In this document: positions 9,789 to 19,491 of the stretch, piece after piece
How positions within the stretch are numbered: the first letter of the stretch is position 1
How the letters are laid out: every line of letters begins with the position of its first letter
Origin: an uncultured Spirochaetota bacterium
Lineage (GTDB): Bacteria; Spirochaetota; Brevinematia; Brevinematales; JAOACQ01
DNA: 64,000 bases
Reading direction: 5' to 3'
NCBI GenBank assembly: GCA_963768055.1
Contig: CAVYGN010000001.1
Location: 576,001-640,000, forward strand
Program-made: the position numbers and the translations under genes
The notes under the pieces: generated by a model
What the model was told of the DNA's origin: nothing
The model's database searches: none
Seen by the model: only the letters and a program-made list of their open reading frames with translations

Positions 9789-10453
9789 ATACATTTGCTA
9801 AATACATGTTATAATCGGGGCAACACTAAAATGCTGATGCATCAATTGCTTGATAATGAAAGAGAGACATTAAGAAAACATTATTAGAATATTACAGCCT
9901 TGATAGATTGGCGATGGTAAAAGTATTAGAAAAGCTCTATTTAATCAAACCATAAAACCTCATAATTTAATAGTGTTCCACTACAATTTATTTCAATCCC
10001 TTCAATATCAATATATTCCTTTCATCATATTCAATAAATTTCATTCAAAAAATTCAAATTCATACTGCTTTAAAAAATTACATTTCCATTCAATGATTCA
10101 AATTGATTCCAGTTGTTCAAAATTCAAATTCTTATAATTACCGTGGCTTCTAAAAGATGAACAGATTTATGCTACTAAATTATACTTCATTAATTCTCAA
10201 AATATTCTTAGGTCTACCGGAGCTCCTGAATTATTCCATATTACTTTGAATATTCAACATGTCTATTCATCTGATAGTATAAAATTCTTTAATCAAAAAA
10301 TTTATCCAGGCTGAATATGACAAAGCAGGAAATTTATTAAGGCTGAGGGAAAATTAGCCTTGCTGATAATATCAATTTTGCCTCCCATTCCCCCTCATCC
10401 TTTTCGTATCTTAAACTTCAATTTGGTATAAAGCCTCCATAAAGAGGCTTTTT

Positions 10454-11002
10454 ATGGAATATGAGGTATTTGAGGATAGCAAAGACCAGGTTAACAGTTA
10501 TTACAAAGGAATAGGCTATACCAAGTTCAAGCTGTGGTTTGGTTTCCCATACCGCTATTTTTGTAGCAAGAGCGAGCGAATTAAGAAAGATTTTTTTGAT
10601 GAGCTTCAGCAGATAATCAAAGTCGCAAAAGTAATATGGGATTCTTTGTCTGAGGATGAAAAGGACAAGAAATCTTATATGCGCATCCTGAAAACTGAGT
10701 TCAGCCAATTTGTTAAGGCTAATGGATTCCATTACAAGGGGGCAAGCATACGGTGCAAAGAAAAATCGCTTGATGATACCCCTGAACTGAGCATCAATGA
10801 ATCAGGATACAGCAAGGTTGAACTGATTGAAAGCATTAAAGCGAAATTCCGCAATATGGGTATTACTCCCCAGGAGATCATCGACTATGATAAGAAAAGC
10901 TTTTACAAGAAATTTGGCTATTGCAAATATGTGGAACTATTAGTGCCGATCCTGAAGCAGAATCTTTTAGCCTGCAGGGAGTATGGGATATATTTTAACT
11001 AA
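10454..11002 (+). CDS. Hypothetical protein (element backbone)
   Basis: 182-aa ORF with GAGG RBS; no motif recognised. Confidence 0.6.
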   Translation: MEYEVFEDSKDQVNSYYKGIGYTKFKLWFGFPYRYFCSKSERIKKDFFDELQQIIKVAKVIWDSLSEDEKDKKSYMRILKTEFSQFVKANGFHYKGASIRCKEKSLDDTPELSINESGYSKVELIESIKAKFRNMGITPQEIIDYDKKSFYKKFGYCKYVELLVPILKQNLLACREYGIYFN

Positions 11003-11280
11003 TGTATTAAAAAGTCTCTGCCATAAGATAAAGTTAATCTGTTGGGGGATTTTGTCCCCCTCTTTTTTGCATCTCATAAATTTATTTCAAAACAACCTCT
11101 ATAATCCATCTCTTTATCTGTATCTTATCCTAAATCACATATTACAGCAATTCATCATGCATAGAGGGGGCAGAACAGCATTATTTAGGGGGTATTAGAA
11201 TAAAAAAACGGGAAATAGTTCTGTCATCCTGTCTTACTTGATATAAAATTAAGGACAAATAAAAGATAAAGGAGATAAGC

Positions 11281-11565
11281 ATGAAAAAAGAATTAAAAGC
11301 TCAACTTGACCGGATTGAAAAACTGCTTCTGGAAGGAAGAGAGAATATTCTGGAAGAAAGAAAACGACCGCTCACTCTTGAGCAAGCCAGTCGATATTTG
11401 CATATGTCAAAAAGCCATTTGTACAAGCTCACTTCTACCAGAAAAATCCCATTTTATCGGGCTCCAGGTGGTAAATTCATTTATTTCAATTTGAATGAGC
11501 TGGAAAAGTGGGCATTCTCTCGTAAGATAAAGACGGATGAGGAGATTAAAGCTGAGATAGAATAA
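11281..11565 (+). CDS. Excisionase-like HTH_17 DNA-binding protein
   Basis: LTLEQASRYLHMSKSHLYKLTSTRKIPFYRAPGGKFIYF. Confidence 0.85.
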   Translation: MKKELKAQLDRIEKLLLEGRENILEERKRPLTLEQASRYLHMSKSHLYKLTSTRKIPFYRAPGGKFIYFNLNELEKWAFSRKIKTDEEIKAEIE

Positions 11566-11663
11566 AAAGTTATTTTATCTTGATTTTATTCCGTAAAATA
11601 ATTATATAATAATTGTTGACTTTCTAATTTATGCTTTACAATATAATGGAGTATTTTTAATTA

Positions 11664-12224
11664 ATGGAGGAATATGTAATGATAAGCTATAAATTTAATG
11701 AAAAAAAAGCTATTCAGTTAATTGCATTTTTCCTCAAGCAATCAACTATTGATAATGCAAATTATACAAAAATTATTAAACTTTTATATTTGGCAGACAG
11801 AGAAGCTTTAAAAAGGTGGGGAAGGACAATAACAAAAGACGTTTATGCAAATCTTCCGGCTGGTCCAATTGTAAGCGAAACCTATGATTTAATTAAAACA
11901 ATAAAAAATGGGACTAATGAATTTATTGGTTCAAAATCTGAATATGATTTAGAATTAAAAATTGACCCCGACGATGATGAATTAAGCAATGCTGAAATCA
12001 GGATACTTAGTGAAATATCTGAAAAGTATAAAAACAAAACGTTTCAACAAATGATTAAAGTGGTTCATAATCTACCTGAATGGGTTGATCCAAAACCTCG
12101 GGGAAGAAAATCTTTATCAGTTGAAAATATTTTAGAAGCTTTAGCTAAAACAGATGAAGAAATCAAAGAAATTGAAGTATCAAATAAAGAAGAAAACTAT
12201 TTAATTAATGTCTTAGGATCATAA
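11664..12224 (+). CDS. Panacea (DUF4065/SocA-like) antitoxin
   Basis: KIIKLLYLADRE...GRTITKD.Y..LPAGP; H.LPEW. Confidence 0.8.
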   Translation: MEEYVMISYKFNEKKAIQLIAFFLKQSTIDNANYTKIIKLLYLADREALKRWGRTITKDVYANLPAGPIVSETYDLIKTIKNGTNEFIGSKSEYDLELKIDPDDDELSNAEIRILSEISEKYKNKTFQQMIKVVHNLPEWVDPKPRGRKSLSVENILEALAKTDEEIKEIEVSNKEENYLINVLGS

Positions 12225-12225
12225 G

Positions 12226-12615
12226 ATGGAAAAAGGGGGGACCTTTTATGGTAATCCTGAAGAAGCCCCTCAATGGCATCTACATTGTATAATTACAGAT
12301 CCATCCGAACATAAAGAAAAAGGGAAATGCCTTTATGTTCATATGATTTCATTTAAAGAAGATAATCCGGATCAAGACTGTTCATGCATTTTAAATAAAG
12401 GTGATCATCCGTTTATAACTCGTCCAACTTGTATAAATTATGCTGCCGCAAGGGAAGCAAATATTGATGATATTGAGAATGCTATTGATCGATGTATGTG
12501 CATAGAACATCCGTCTCTATCATCAGAAGTTTTAGAGAGAATACGTGAAGGAGCAAGAGTTTCTGAACATTTACCCAGAAAATTCAAGTATTTATTTGAT
12601 ATTAATAAAGTTTAA
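12226..12615 (+). CDS. Putative toxin paired with the Panacea antitoxin
   Basis: Starts 1 nt after the antitoxin stop; HLHCIITDP...CILNKGDHPFI; fold not assigned with certainty. Confidence 0.55.
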   Translation: MEKGGTFYGNPEEAPQWHLHCIITDPSEHKEKGKCLYVHMISFKEDNPDQDCSCILNKGDHPFITRPTCINYAAAREANIDDIENAIDRCMCIEHPSLSSEVLERIREGARVSEHLPRKFKYLFDINKV

Positions 12616-12656
12616 AAGATTATCGCAATTTATAGACTAACACTATAACTTCTACT

Positions 12657-13109
12657 TTAATCATTATCATTAGGTGATCCGGCAAAATAATCTATTATAA
12701 AATTAAGTGCTTCTTTATCATCTAGCTCTAATTTATCTATATATTCTTTGGCGGTCTCATCAAATTCTTCATCAGGTTTAATAAAATCTCTTTTCATGAA
12801 AATCATACGACCATCTTTTAAAAGGGCTAACTCTTTAACTCTGTTTCTGCTTTCACTCCCGGTACCATCATTTTGGACTTCTATTTCAAAACTGTAAGGT
12901 GCATATCCACAATAAGAGTATTGTTCATCCTTATAATTGCAGGGTATATTAAAATAAGGACAAAGCGCATTTGAATGAGGGCAAGGATCATAAATGTAAG
13001 GACCAAAAACACCCTTATAAGTGAAATGTTCTAAAAATTGAACGAACCCATCCATACATTCTATTTCTACATCAAATGAATCATCAATCATAATAAGACC
13101 TCTAATCAT
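12657..13109 (-). CDS. Hypothetical protein
   Basis: 150-aa acidic ORF directly downstream of the primase gene. Confidence 0.55.
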   Translation of the reverse strand: MIRGLIMIDDSFDVEIECMDGFVQFLEHFTYKGVFGPYIYDPCPHSNALCPYFNIPCNYKDEQYSYCGYAPYSFEIEVQNDGTGSESRNRVKELALLKDGRMIFMKRDFIKPDEEFDETAKEYIDKLELDDKEALNFIIDYFAGSPNDND

Positions 13110-13130
13110 AGGGGGCTTATGCCCCCCTTT

Positions 13131-15782
13131 TTAAAATTCTGGTTCTTCAACAGTTCCTTCCTTCAGGGTAGAATTATTTTGTGGTTTTGGGGCAGGTTCA
13201 GCTTTAGGGACCTCTGTTTTATTATCGAATAATTCTGTGAATAATTCCCCTGATAAATCAATGATGATAAAATTGGTTTTTTCACGCTGCCCGTTTTTAT
13301 AGGTATGAGTTGTTCTTCTTTTTTTCAAGATTGTTGAATTCTTTTCCAACATCATGCTGGCGGAAGCGATTGTGGGATTTTGAATGAAATTAAGATCCTT
13401 TAGAAGCCTTAAAAATTCAATTTGGGGGATATATAATGTCTTTACCCCAGCTTTAAAATCCGATATATAATCGGGCTTCTCACAACAATTTTCACCCCAA
13501 TCGATTATCGCAAAAATGAAATCGGCGACATTATTCCGTTCTGAGGGGGATTTTTTATAAAGGCTCAGGATATATTCATAAGTAAGATTACTATCAATAC
13601 TAAATCCGAGATAATTGACTCCGACGAGAATAATAGACCATAATAAAGAGATTCTGCCTAAGTATGGTGAATATTTATCAATCCCTTCTTTGAGTGATTT
13701 TATAAGCGTAATCACTTTTTCATAATCGTTTATAATAGAATCATAAAGGTATAAGAAATACATTAGAATTTCATCCGCATTCTGTTGGACATAATCCTGA
13801 AGTTCACCGGCATATTCAGTTCTGATCCCATTTGAAGTATTCATCTTTATTTGAATGAATCTGCTTGAAAGAGCTTCATCGATAGTGGTAGAATTTGTGG
13901 TAAAGAGCAATGAGTTTCTAAAGATGGTATCAATTTCAACACCGTTGCGGTTCCTCATTCTATCGATATTTGTGATAGCTTCTTTAAGAAAAACCTTCAT
14001 ATTATCCTTGTCCTCATAATTAGAAAATTCGTCCATGAGGACAAACGAGTTCTGCATATATTTCTGTTGGTTGAAAATCTGATAAATTGTCGGCTGGCAT
14101 ATGCGCTTAATATTGAATATCTTTTCGCAAAGGTCTAATAGAACTGTTTTCCCTGAATATCTCTCTCCTTCCAGGGCGAATATTGGGAAAGCATTAAAAT
14201 CGTTTAATAACCTGTTCCTTAACAATCCCATCAATTGCCAGCCTATAAAGAGCTTCACAAAGAGAGGGTCTTTGTAGGCTTTTATGAGCGTATTGGAATA
14301 TTCCGTGAATATGCCCTTATAATCAGCATTTTCTTTAGGGATTCTATCTGTTTTTATCCATCTGTCATTAGGCATCGATTCAACATAGTATTTTTTGCCT
14401 TCGATCTCAATAATAGGATTTGCTTCTGTAAATTTGAAAACATTGCCCTTATAAACAGCAAATTTAGCATCCACAAAAATATCGTTATTATTCATGCCGA
14501 CTTCCAATCTGTCAATGTTTTGGCAATGGGTCAATGAGTAAGAAAACAGGGTATTGGCATTATATTTATCAATCAGGATTGAAATGTTTTGGCTTTGAAA
14601 AGCCACTTGTAATTTATCCGCTTTTTCAAAATTGGTCCTTTTCAATTTAAGAAGAGTTTTAATCCCTGTGGCAAGGTTTTCACACTCATAAATAAAGATC
14701 CTGTCTTTCTCGCAGTCATTATCATAGCAATACAGAGGCTTTAAAAGATGTGATGTCTGAATCTTTATCCATTCATTTTCTGTTTTATAAAACATGCCTT
14801 TAGGTGAAAGGGCTATCATAGAACCGTCATCGTTTGAATACTTTTCGTCGGAAGAGTCGAAATCTGTATCAATGATTTTATCCCTTAGAAAATCAGGGTC
14901 TTCTTCTCTTGCATAATGAATAAGAGACCCTAAAGTAATAGGTTTACCTGTGTATTCATCTTGAAATGTGTTCCACTTTTTGTCGCATAGGGCTTGAGTT
15001 TCATCATCATTGAAGCTTAATTTCTGCCAGTCTGAGACGGCAAAGCCACTGTTTTTTAAACCCATTCCCAACTTCAGCCATTCATCATATTCATTGAAAT
15101 ACCTTTTCTTGGATAACTTATCCAGGAGAGCCTGCAGTTCTTTCCTGTCTTTGGCTTTCAGTTCTCTGGAATCCATGAATTTTTCAAGGTCAATTATTTC
15201 TGCTGTCTTGGGCGCTTTCTTTTCCACTGCTTTGAGGGGAATAAATTTTGCATCAGGGTTATAATAGATATGTTCCAAATCCCTTCCTAAAAAGAAAATT
15301 GAATTGCCATACGTCTTGCCCATATCTAAATATGGACCATCCGTTTCATTAGACCGGCTGAAAAAATCAAAATTAAGTTCGTCTTTTAACCGGTATAAAG
15401 CGGACAGTAAAGTAGCATGATAATTTTCCTTGTTTTTCAAATTGCCATCAGTATGAACAAGCACACGAACACCGCCAGACCAGGACTTGTAAGCAAGCAG
15501 AATCCAGTCAAGTCCACATAATTTAGTCCAGTATTTTTCAAACCAATCTGACGGCAAATGATCCAGGTCAATTGCTATTACATCGAGCTCATCCTGATTA
15601 GCCGTATTAGTCTTGACCCCCGGTGTTTGCCCAAAACCTATGCATGGACTGTTTTGCTTGGCATTCGCAAGATTTTCATTACGAATATTCTCCACAGTGC
15701 ATTGCCTGATGAAGTCTGCTATGGGTTTTTCACCGTTCTTCCATCCTTCCCAATAATGGTTCTTAACTTGATAAGATAACAT
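13131..15782 (-). CDS. Primase-helicase-like replication protein (AEP/VirE_N-like N-terminus, PriCT-2, P-loop ATPase)
   Basis: IAIDLD and SWSGGVR primase-like motifs; YDEWLKLGMGL...KWNTF..ITLGSL (PriCT-2); GERYSGKT Walker A and VLMDE Walker B. Confidence 0.8.
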   Translation of the reverse strand: MLSYQVKNHYWEGWKNGEKPIADFIRQCTVENIRNENLANAKQNSPCIGFGQTPGVKTNTANQDELDVIAIDLDHLPSDWFEKYWTKLCGLDWILLAYKSWSGGVRVLVHTDGNLKNKENYHATLLSALYRLKDELNFDFFSRSNETDGPYLDMGKTYGNSIFFLGRDLEHIYYNPDAKFIPLKAVEKKAPKTAEIIDLEKFMDSRELKAKDRKELQALLDKLSKKRYFNEYDEWLKLGMGLKNSGFAVSDWQKLSFNDDETQALCDKKWNTFQDEYTGKPITLGSLIHYAREEDPDFLRDKIIDTDFDSSDEKYSNDDGSMIALSPKGMFYKTENEWIKIQTSHLLKPLYCYDNDCEKDRIFIYECENLATGIKTLLKLKRTNFEKADKLQVAFQSQNISILIDKYNANTLFSYSLTHCQNIDRLEVGMNNNDIFVDAKFAVYKGNVFKFTEANPIIEIEGKKYYVESMPNDRWIKTDRIPKENADYKGIFTEYSNTLIKAYKDPLFVKLFIGWQLMGLLRNRLLNDFNAFPIFALEGERYSGKTVLLDLCEKIFNIKRICQPTIYQIFNQQKYMQNSFVLMDEFSNYEDKDNMKVFLKEAITNIDRMRNRNGVEIDTIFRNSLLFTTNSTTIDEALSSRFIQIKMNTSNGIRTEYAGELQDYVQQNADEILMYFLYLYDSIINDYEKVITLIKSLKEGIDKYSPYLGRISLLWSIILVGVNYLGFSIDSNLTYEYILSLYKKSPSERNNVADFIFAIIDWGENCCEKPDYISDFKAGVKTLYIPQIEFLRLLKDLNFIQNPTIASASMMLEKNSTILKKRRTTHTYKNGQREKTNFIIIDLSGELFTELFDNKTEVPKAEPAPKPQNNSTLKEGTVEEPEF

Positions 15783-15809
15783 ATATATCCTCCTTATTAA
15801 TTTCAGGGC

Positions 15810-15891
15810 AAAAAAAAAGTCAGATTGCCTCTCGCCTCTTAAAGCTATTTTGTAGCCCTAAAGAGCTTCACCGCGAAAAGTAATCTGACTT
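15810..15891 (-). ncRNA. Long leader hairpin / attenuator upstream of the primase gene
   Basis: AAGTCAGATT...AATCTGACTT outer stem, inner CTCTTTAGGGCTA/TAGCTTTAAGAG stem, followed by a U-tract ~15 nt before the AAGGAGG RBS. Confidence 0.65.
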
Positions 15892-16227
15892 AATATTCAA
15901 AATTCACTTAGTGAAGTTTTGTGAATTTGAATTAAATGGAGAATGAAATTTTCATTCCCGAATTAAAGGAAAATAATCTAAATTTTTTAGAACTAATTTT
16001 GATATTTATATAGATTGTGGTGAGATAAATGAATTGTGCCTGTATTTGTAATCTAAAAAATATTGAATATTTGGAATGAAAATAAAAATGCGGTCCCATT
16101 TTTGCTTGAGACCGCACCCCGGATTTACACCCGTTTTATTAATAAGAAGGATAAATTTAATCATCTTAATCAAAAAATATATGAAAAATAGATAGGTCAA
16201 AATTGCCGGAAGGCTTGTAAACGTTGA

Positions 16228-16485
16228 GGTACGCAGGGTGCGCAGGCGCTACGCACCTGAGTTGCGCCAACTATATCTATATTATATATACATTTATATC
16301 AATATTTTAATAGATACGCAGGTACGTAGGCTGGAAATGCCCCTTAAGAAAAAATTTTTTTTGAAAAATATTTTTTAAAATATAGGGGGGCACACTTTGA
16401 AAAGGGTGCGTAGTTGCGTAGCCCTTATTTTATATAGCTTCCGGCTACGTCAAGGGTGCGTACTAAATGCGTAAGGGTGCGTAGG
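16228..16485. repeat. Iteron-like repeat cluster (putative replication origin)
   Basis: About 12 copies of (GGG)T(G/A)CG(T/C)A(G) in both orientations, separated by AT-rich tracts, near the primase-helicase gene. Confidence 0.65.
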
Positions 16486-16593
16486 GCAACATCCTCAATG
16501 ATGAACCATTGCTTACCGAAGATTTCAATCGACTCGACATTTTATACAAGTAGTGCCCGGCAGCTAATTGGGGAATACTTCCTGATTCAAACC

Positions 16594-16636
16594 TTCACAT
16601 AACGTTCAAAATTCTATCACAATCGAATGTTATACT
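16594..16636 (+). promoter_or_regulatory. OmpR/PhoB-type 11-bp-periodic boxes and -10 element
   Basis: TTCAC-N6-TTCAA-N6-ATCAC, then TG-T-TATACT. Confidence 0.6.
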
Positions 16637-16720
16637 TTAATACGTAGCAATGGAAATCGCATACACCTGTTTAAATATTGTTGGAGAGTTTGATAAAATA
16701 ATATAATTATCGAGGCGAAA

Positions 16721-17407
16721 ATGAGCATGTCAAAGAATAAAATTCTCATAGCCGATGATGAACAGAGAATGCTCAGGCTGATTTGCGATTATCTCAGAAA
16801 AGATGGATTTTTCCCTATTCCGGCAGAGAACGGAAAGATTGCCCTGAACCTGTATCTGGAAAATACAGATATAGACCTGGTCATACTGGATGTTATGATG
16901 CCGGAAATGGACGGCTGGTCCGTCTGCCGCGAGATCAGGAAATTAACGAAAGTTCCGATTATTATGCTAACGGCCAGGAGTGAGGAAGCTGACGAATTAT
17001 TCGGTTTTGAACTTGGGGCTGATGAATATGTAAAAAAACCGTTTAGCCCTGGCGTGCTGGTAGCCCGCGTAAGGGCATTACTGCGCAGAGCATCAATGGA
17101 CGAGTCGGAAAAAATTCTGGAATACGGCGGGCTTATACTCGATCCTGAAAGGCATTCGATTTTAGAAGACGGGAAGGTACTTGAACTCTCCCCGAAAGAA
17201 TATGATTTACTGTTCTATCTGGTAAAGAATGCGGGAGCGGCTTTAAGTAGGGCACGAATCTTATATTCCGTTTGGGGTAATGATTATTACGGCGACGGGA
17301 GGACAGTCGACACCCATATAAAATGCCTTAGAAAAAAATTAAAACAATCCGGCAGTAGAATAGAAACGATCCGTGGATTTGGATACCGTTTTCAGGATAA
17401 AGCATGA
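16721..17407 (+). CDS. OmpR-family response regulator
   Basis: ILIADD, LDVMMP, KPF receiver motifs; RTVDTHIK.LR and ETIRGFGY winged helix. Confidence 0.95.
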   Translation: MSMSKNKILIADDEQRMLRLICDYLRKDGFFPIPAENGKIALNLYLENTDIDLVILDVMMPEMDGWSVCREIRKLTKVPIIMLTARSEEADELFGFELGADEYVKKPFSPGVLVARVRALLRRASMDESEKILEYGGLILDPERHSILEDGKVLELSPKEYDLLFYLVKNAGAALSRARILYSVWGNDYYGDGRTVDTHIKCLRKKLKQSGSRIETIRGFGYRFQDKA

Positions 17408-18933
17408 AAATCAGGAACAAGCTGTTCATTGGGATTTCGATACTTGTCCTGCTTTTTATATCACTGGCTGTTTTCTTCAATCAAACCTTTTTATTATCAT
17501 TCTATATCCGTGAAACCCAAACGAAACTCATCGTAGACGCGAAAAACATTGATTCCCGATACCATGGAAATATCAAGGATGCCTTACCGGATTTACGGAC
17601 GATGGAATTGAATTCCGGAATCCATATAGAAATCATTGATAAGAAGCTTGAATTAAAATATATGTCGCAATTCCAGAAACATAATATAAATCTGGATCCT
17701 AAACAGAGTTTAAGGCCCGGTATGCCATTCCCTCCATTTAGAAAGGATTATTTACCTCAATTAAGGAATTCAGGGCCCGATATGCCAATCCATCCATTTA
17801 GAATGGAATTTTTAAATAAATTAAGGAATAATGCAAAGGGACATTATGCATTCCAGAATAATCCAGAGACTGATAAGTTTATTTCCTTTATTAATTGCGG
17901 ATATATATTAAATAACGGAGATATACTCATATTAAGCCGTCCTCTTGCGGAGTTAAAAGAAAGCGCTGAGGTGGCGAACCGTTTTTTAATATTTTCAGGA
18001 TTTGTTATATGTCTTATCGGGATTATAGCCGTATATGTAGTATCCAGAAGGTTTACCAGGCCGATTATTGAACTGCGGGATATGGCCCATGATATGGCTG
18101 AACTGAATTTCAGCCATAAGTTCATTGTCCATTCAAACGATGAAATAGCCGAACTTGGTATAAGCATCAATTCATTGTCAAGACAGCTCGACCATTCTAT
18201 TAACGAACTGAATCTTGCCAACATGAAACTTCGTGAGGATATTGACAGGGAAAGAAAGCTTGAAGTGATGAGGAGGGATTTTGTTTCAAGCGTATCTCAT
18301 GAATTGAAAACTCCAATCGCCTTAATAATGGGATATGCGGAGGGTTTGAAAGACGGAGTAGCAAAGAGAAAAGACCGCGATTATTATTGCAGCGTGATCA
18401 TGGACGAATCTAAAAAACTGGACCTCCTGCTCAAGGACTTGCTCGACCTTTCCCAGTTTGAGTCTGGCGTTTTCCGGTTATCGATAAAACAATTCGACCT
18501 TAAGGAAAAAATTGAAGAAATTCTGCAAAAATATACTCCCCTTATAAACGATAAAAAAATCAGATTGACGCTTGCTGCTCAAACCACTATGGTAAAGGCG
18601 GATCCTTCAAGGATAGAACAGGTCATCGTTAATTACTTGAATAATGCAATAGATCATTGTGATGGAGAGAGAAGGATCCATATACGGATTGAAAAATCCG
18701 GAGATTTCGCCGAATTTGCCCTGTTTAATTCCGGAAAATCTGTCCCGGAAGAAGCCCTGGAGAAGATCTGGCTGCGATTTTATAAAACGGATTCGTCCCG
18801 AAACCGTTCATTCGGCGGTACCGGGCTTGGTCTTGCTATCGTCAAGGCTATCCTCGAACTTCACAAAGCCCCTTTCGGAGTCCGGAATCTTCCGGATGGA
18901 GTGGAATTTTATTTTAGGCTGAAAATTTCATAG
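17404..18933 (+). CDS. HAMP-domain sensor histidine kinase
   Basis: Two TM segments, HAMP, SHELKTP H-box, NNAIDH N-box, GGTGLGLAI G-box. Confidence 0.95.
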   Translation: MKIRNKLFIGISILVLLFISLAVFFNQTFLLSFYIRETQTKLIVDAKNIDSRYHGNIKDALPDLRTMELNSGIHIEIIDKKLELKYMSQFQKHNINLDPKQSLRPGMPFPPFRKDYLPQLRNSGPDMPIHPFRMEFLNKLRNNAKGHYAFQNNPETDKFISFINCGYILNNGDILILSRPLAELKESAEVANRFLIFSGFVICLIGIIAVYVVSRRFTRPIIELRDMAHDMAELNFSHKFIVHSNDEIAELGISINSLSRQLDHSINELNLANMKLREDIDRERKLEVMRRDFVSSVSHELKTPIALIMGYAEGLKDGVAKRKDRDYYCSVIMDESKKLDLLLKDLLDLSQFESGVFRLSIKQFDLKEKIEEILQKYTPLINDKKIRLTLAAQTTMVKADPSRIEQVIVNYLNNAIDHCDGERRIHIRIEKSGDFAEFALFNSGKSVPEEALEKIWLRFYKTDSSRNRSFGGTGLGLAIVKAILELHKAPFGVRNLPDGVEFYFRLKIS

Positions 18934-18963
18934 ATTTCACTTATCATTCACTAATCGCTCACG
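18869..18963 (+). repeat. ~95-bp direct repeat (kinase 3' end plus regulator boxes), copy 1
   Basis: Near-identical to 23793-23887 (offset 4924). Confidence 0.9.
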
Positions 18964-18995
18964 TCAAAGACACAAGGAAAAGTCATAATACAAGC

Positions 18996-19452
18996 ATGAA
19001 AAAAGTAATATTCATACTCCTTATAAACAGCATTGTGCTGTCGAATTTGTTAGAGTCTAACAGATTTAATGGAGCAGAGTAATATAAAATGGGGGGAAAA
19101 GGTGAAAGTTCTATTCGAAATATTAATGACATCTGTATTCTTTCTTGCCGGCACATGTTATGGAATGTCCGTGAAAGAGACTTATATCGATACAGGGATA
19201 CTTTTGGAGGGGAATGTAACTGATTGGATACTTATATATGGTACTTGCGCTCAAACAGGTAAATTATCATATATTTATGAGAATGATATTGACTGCCTTA
19301 CATTAATATTAGAATTACAGCTTGCGATTGATGACTGGTAGGCAGGAAGTTACAGATTACAAAAAGGCAGATATAGAATGCAGATACAGGAGCAGATTTA
19401 TGACTTAGGAGTAAACTTGATAACAGTGTTTCCTGAAACCTTCATGAACGGG
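18996..19452 (+). pseudogene. Degenerate macA/macB-like remnant
   Basis: MKKVIFILLI start like the adaptor at 23920; LMTSVFFLA vs LMTNFFLA; IQEQIYDLGVNLITVFPETF vs IKEQISSMGINLITVFPEAF of the permease at 25155. Confidence 0.6.
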
Positions 19453-19491
19453 AATACAAAAGAAAACATTTTATTAAACAGAGGAATTTTT

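Noticed and set aside
9790..10420. Coding gene in the AT-rich gap
   Set aside because: No ORF of 60 aa or more in the track and no recognisable motif by eye; at most a decayed remnant.
19378..19491. ORF-track N-terminus of the TonB-dependent receptor
   Set aside because: It matches a macB fragment; the RBS and signal peptide indicate a start at 19492.
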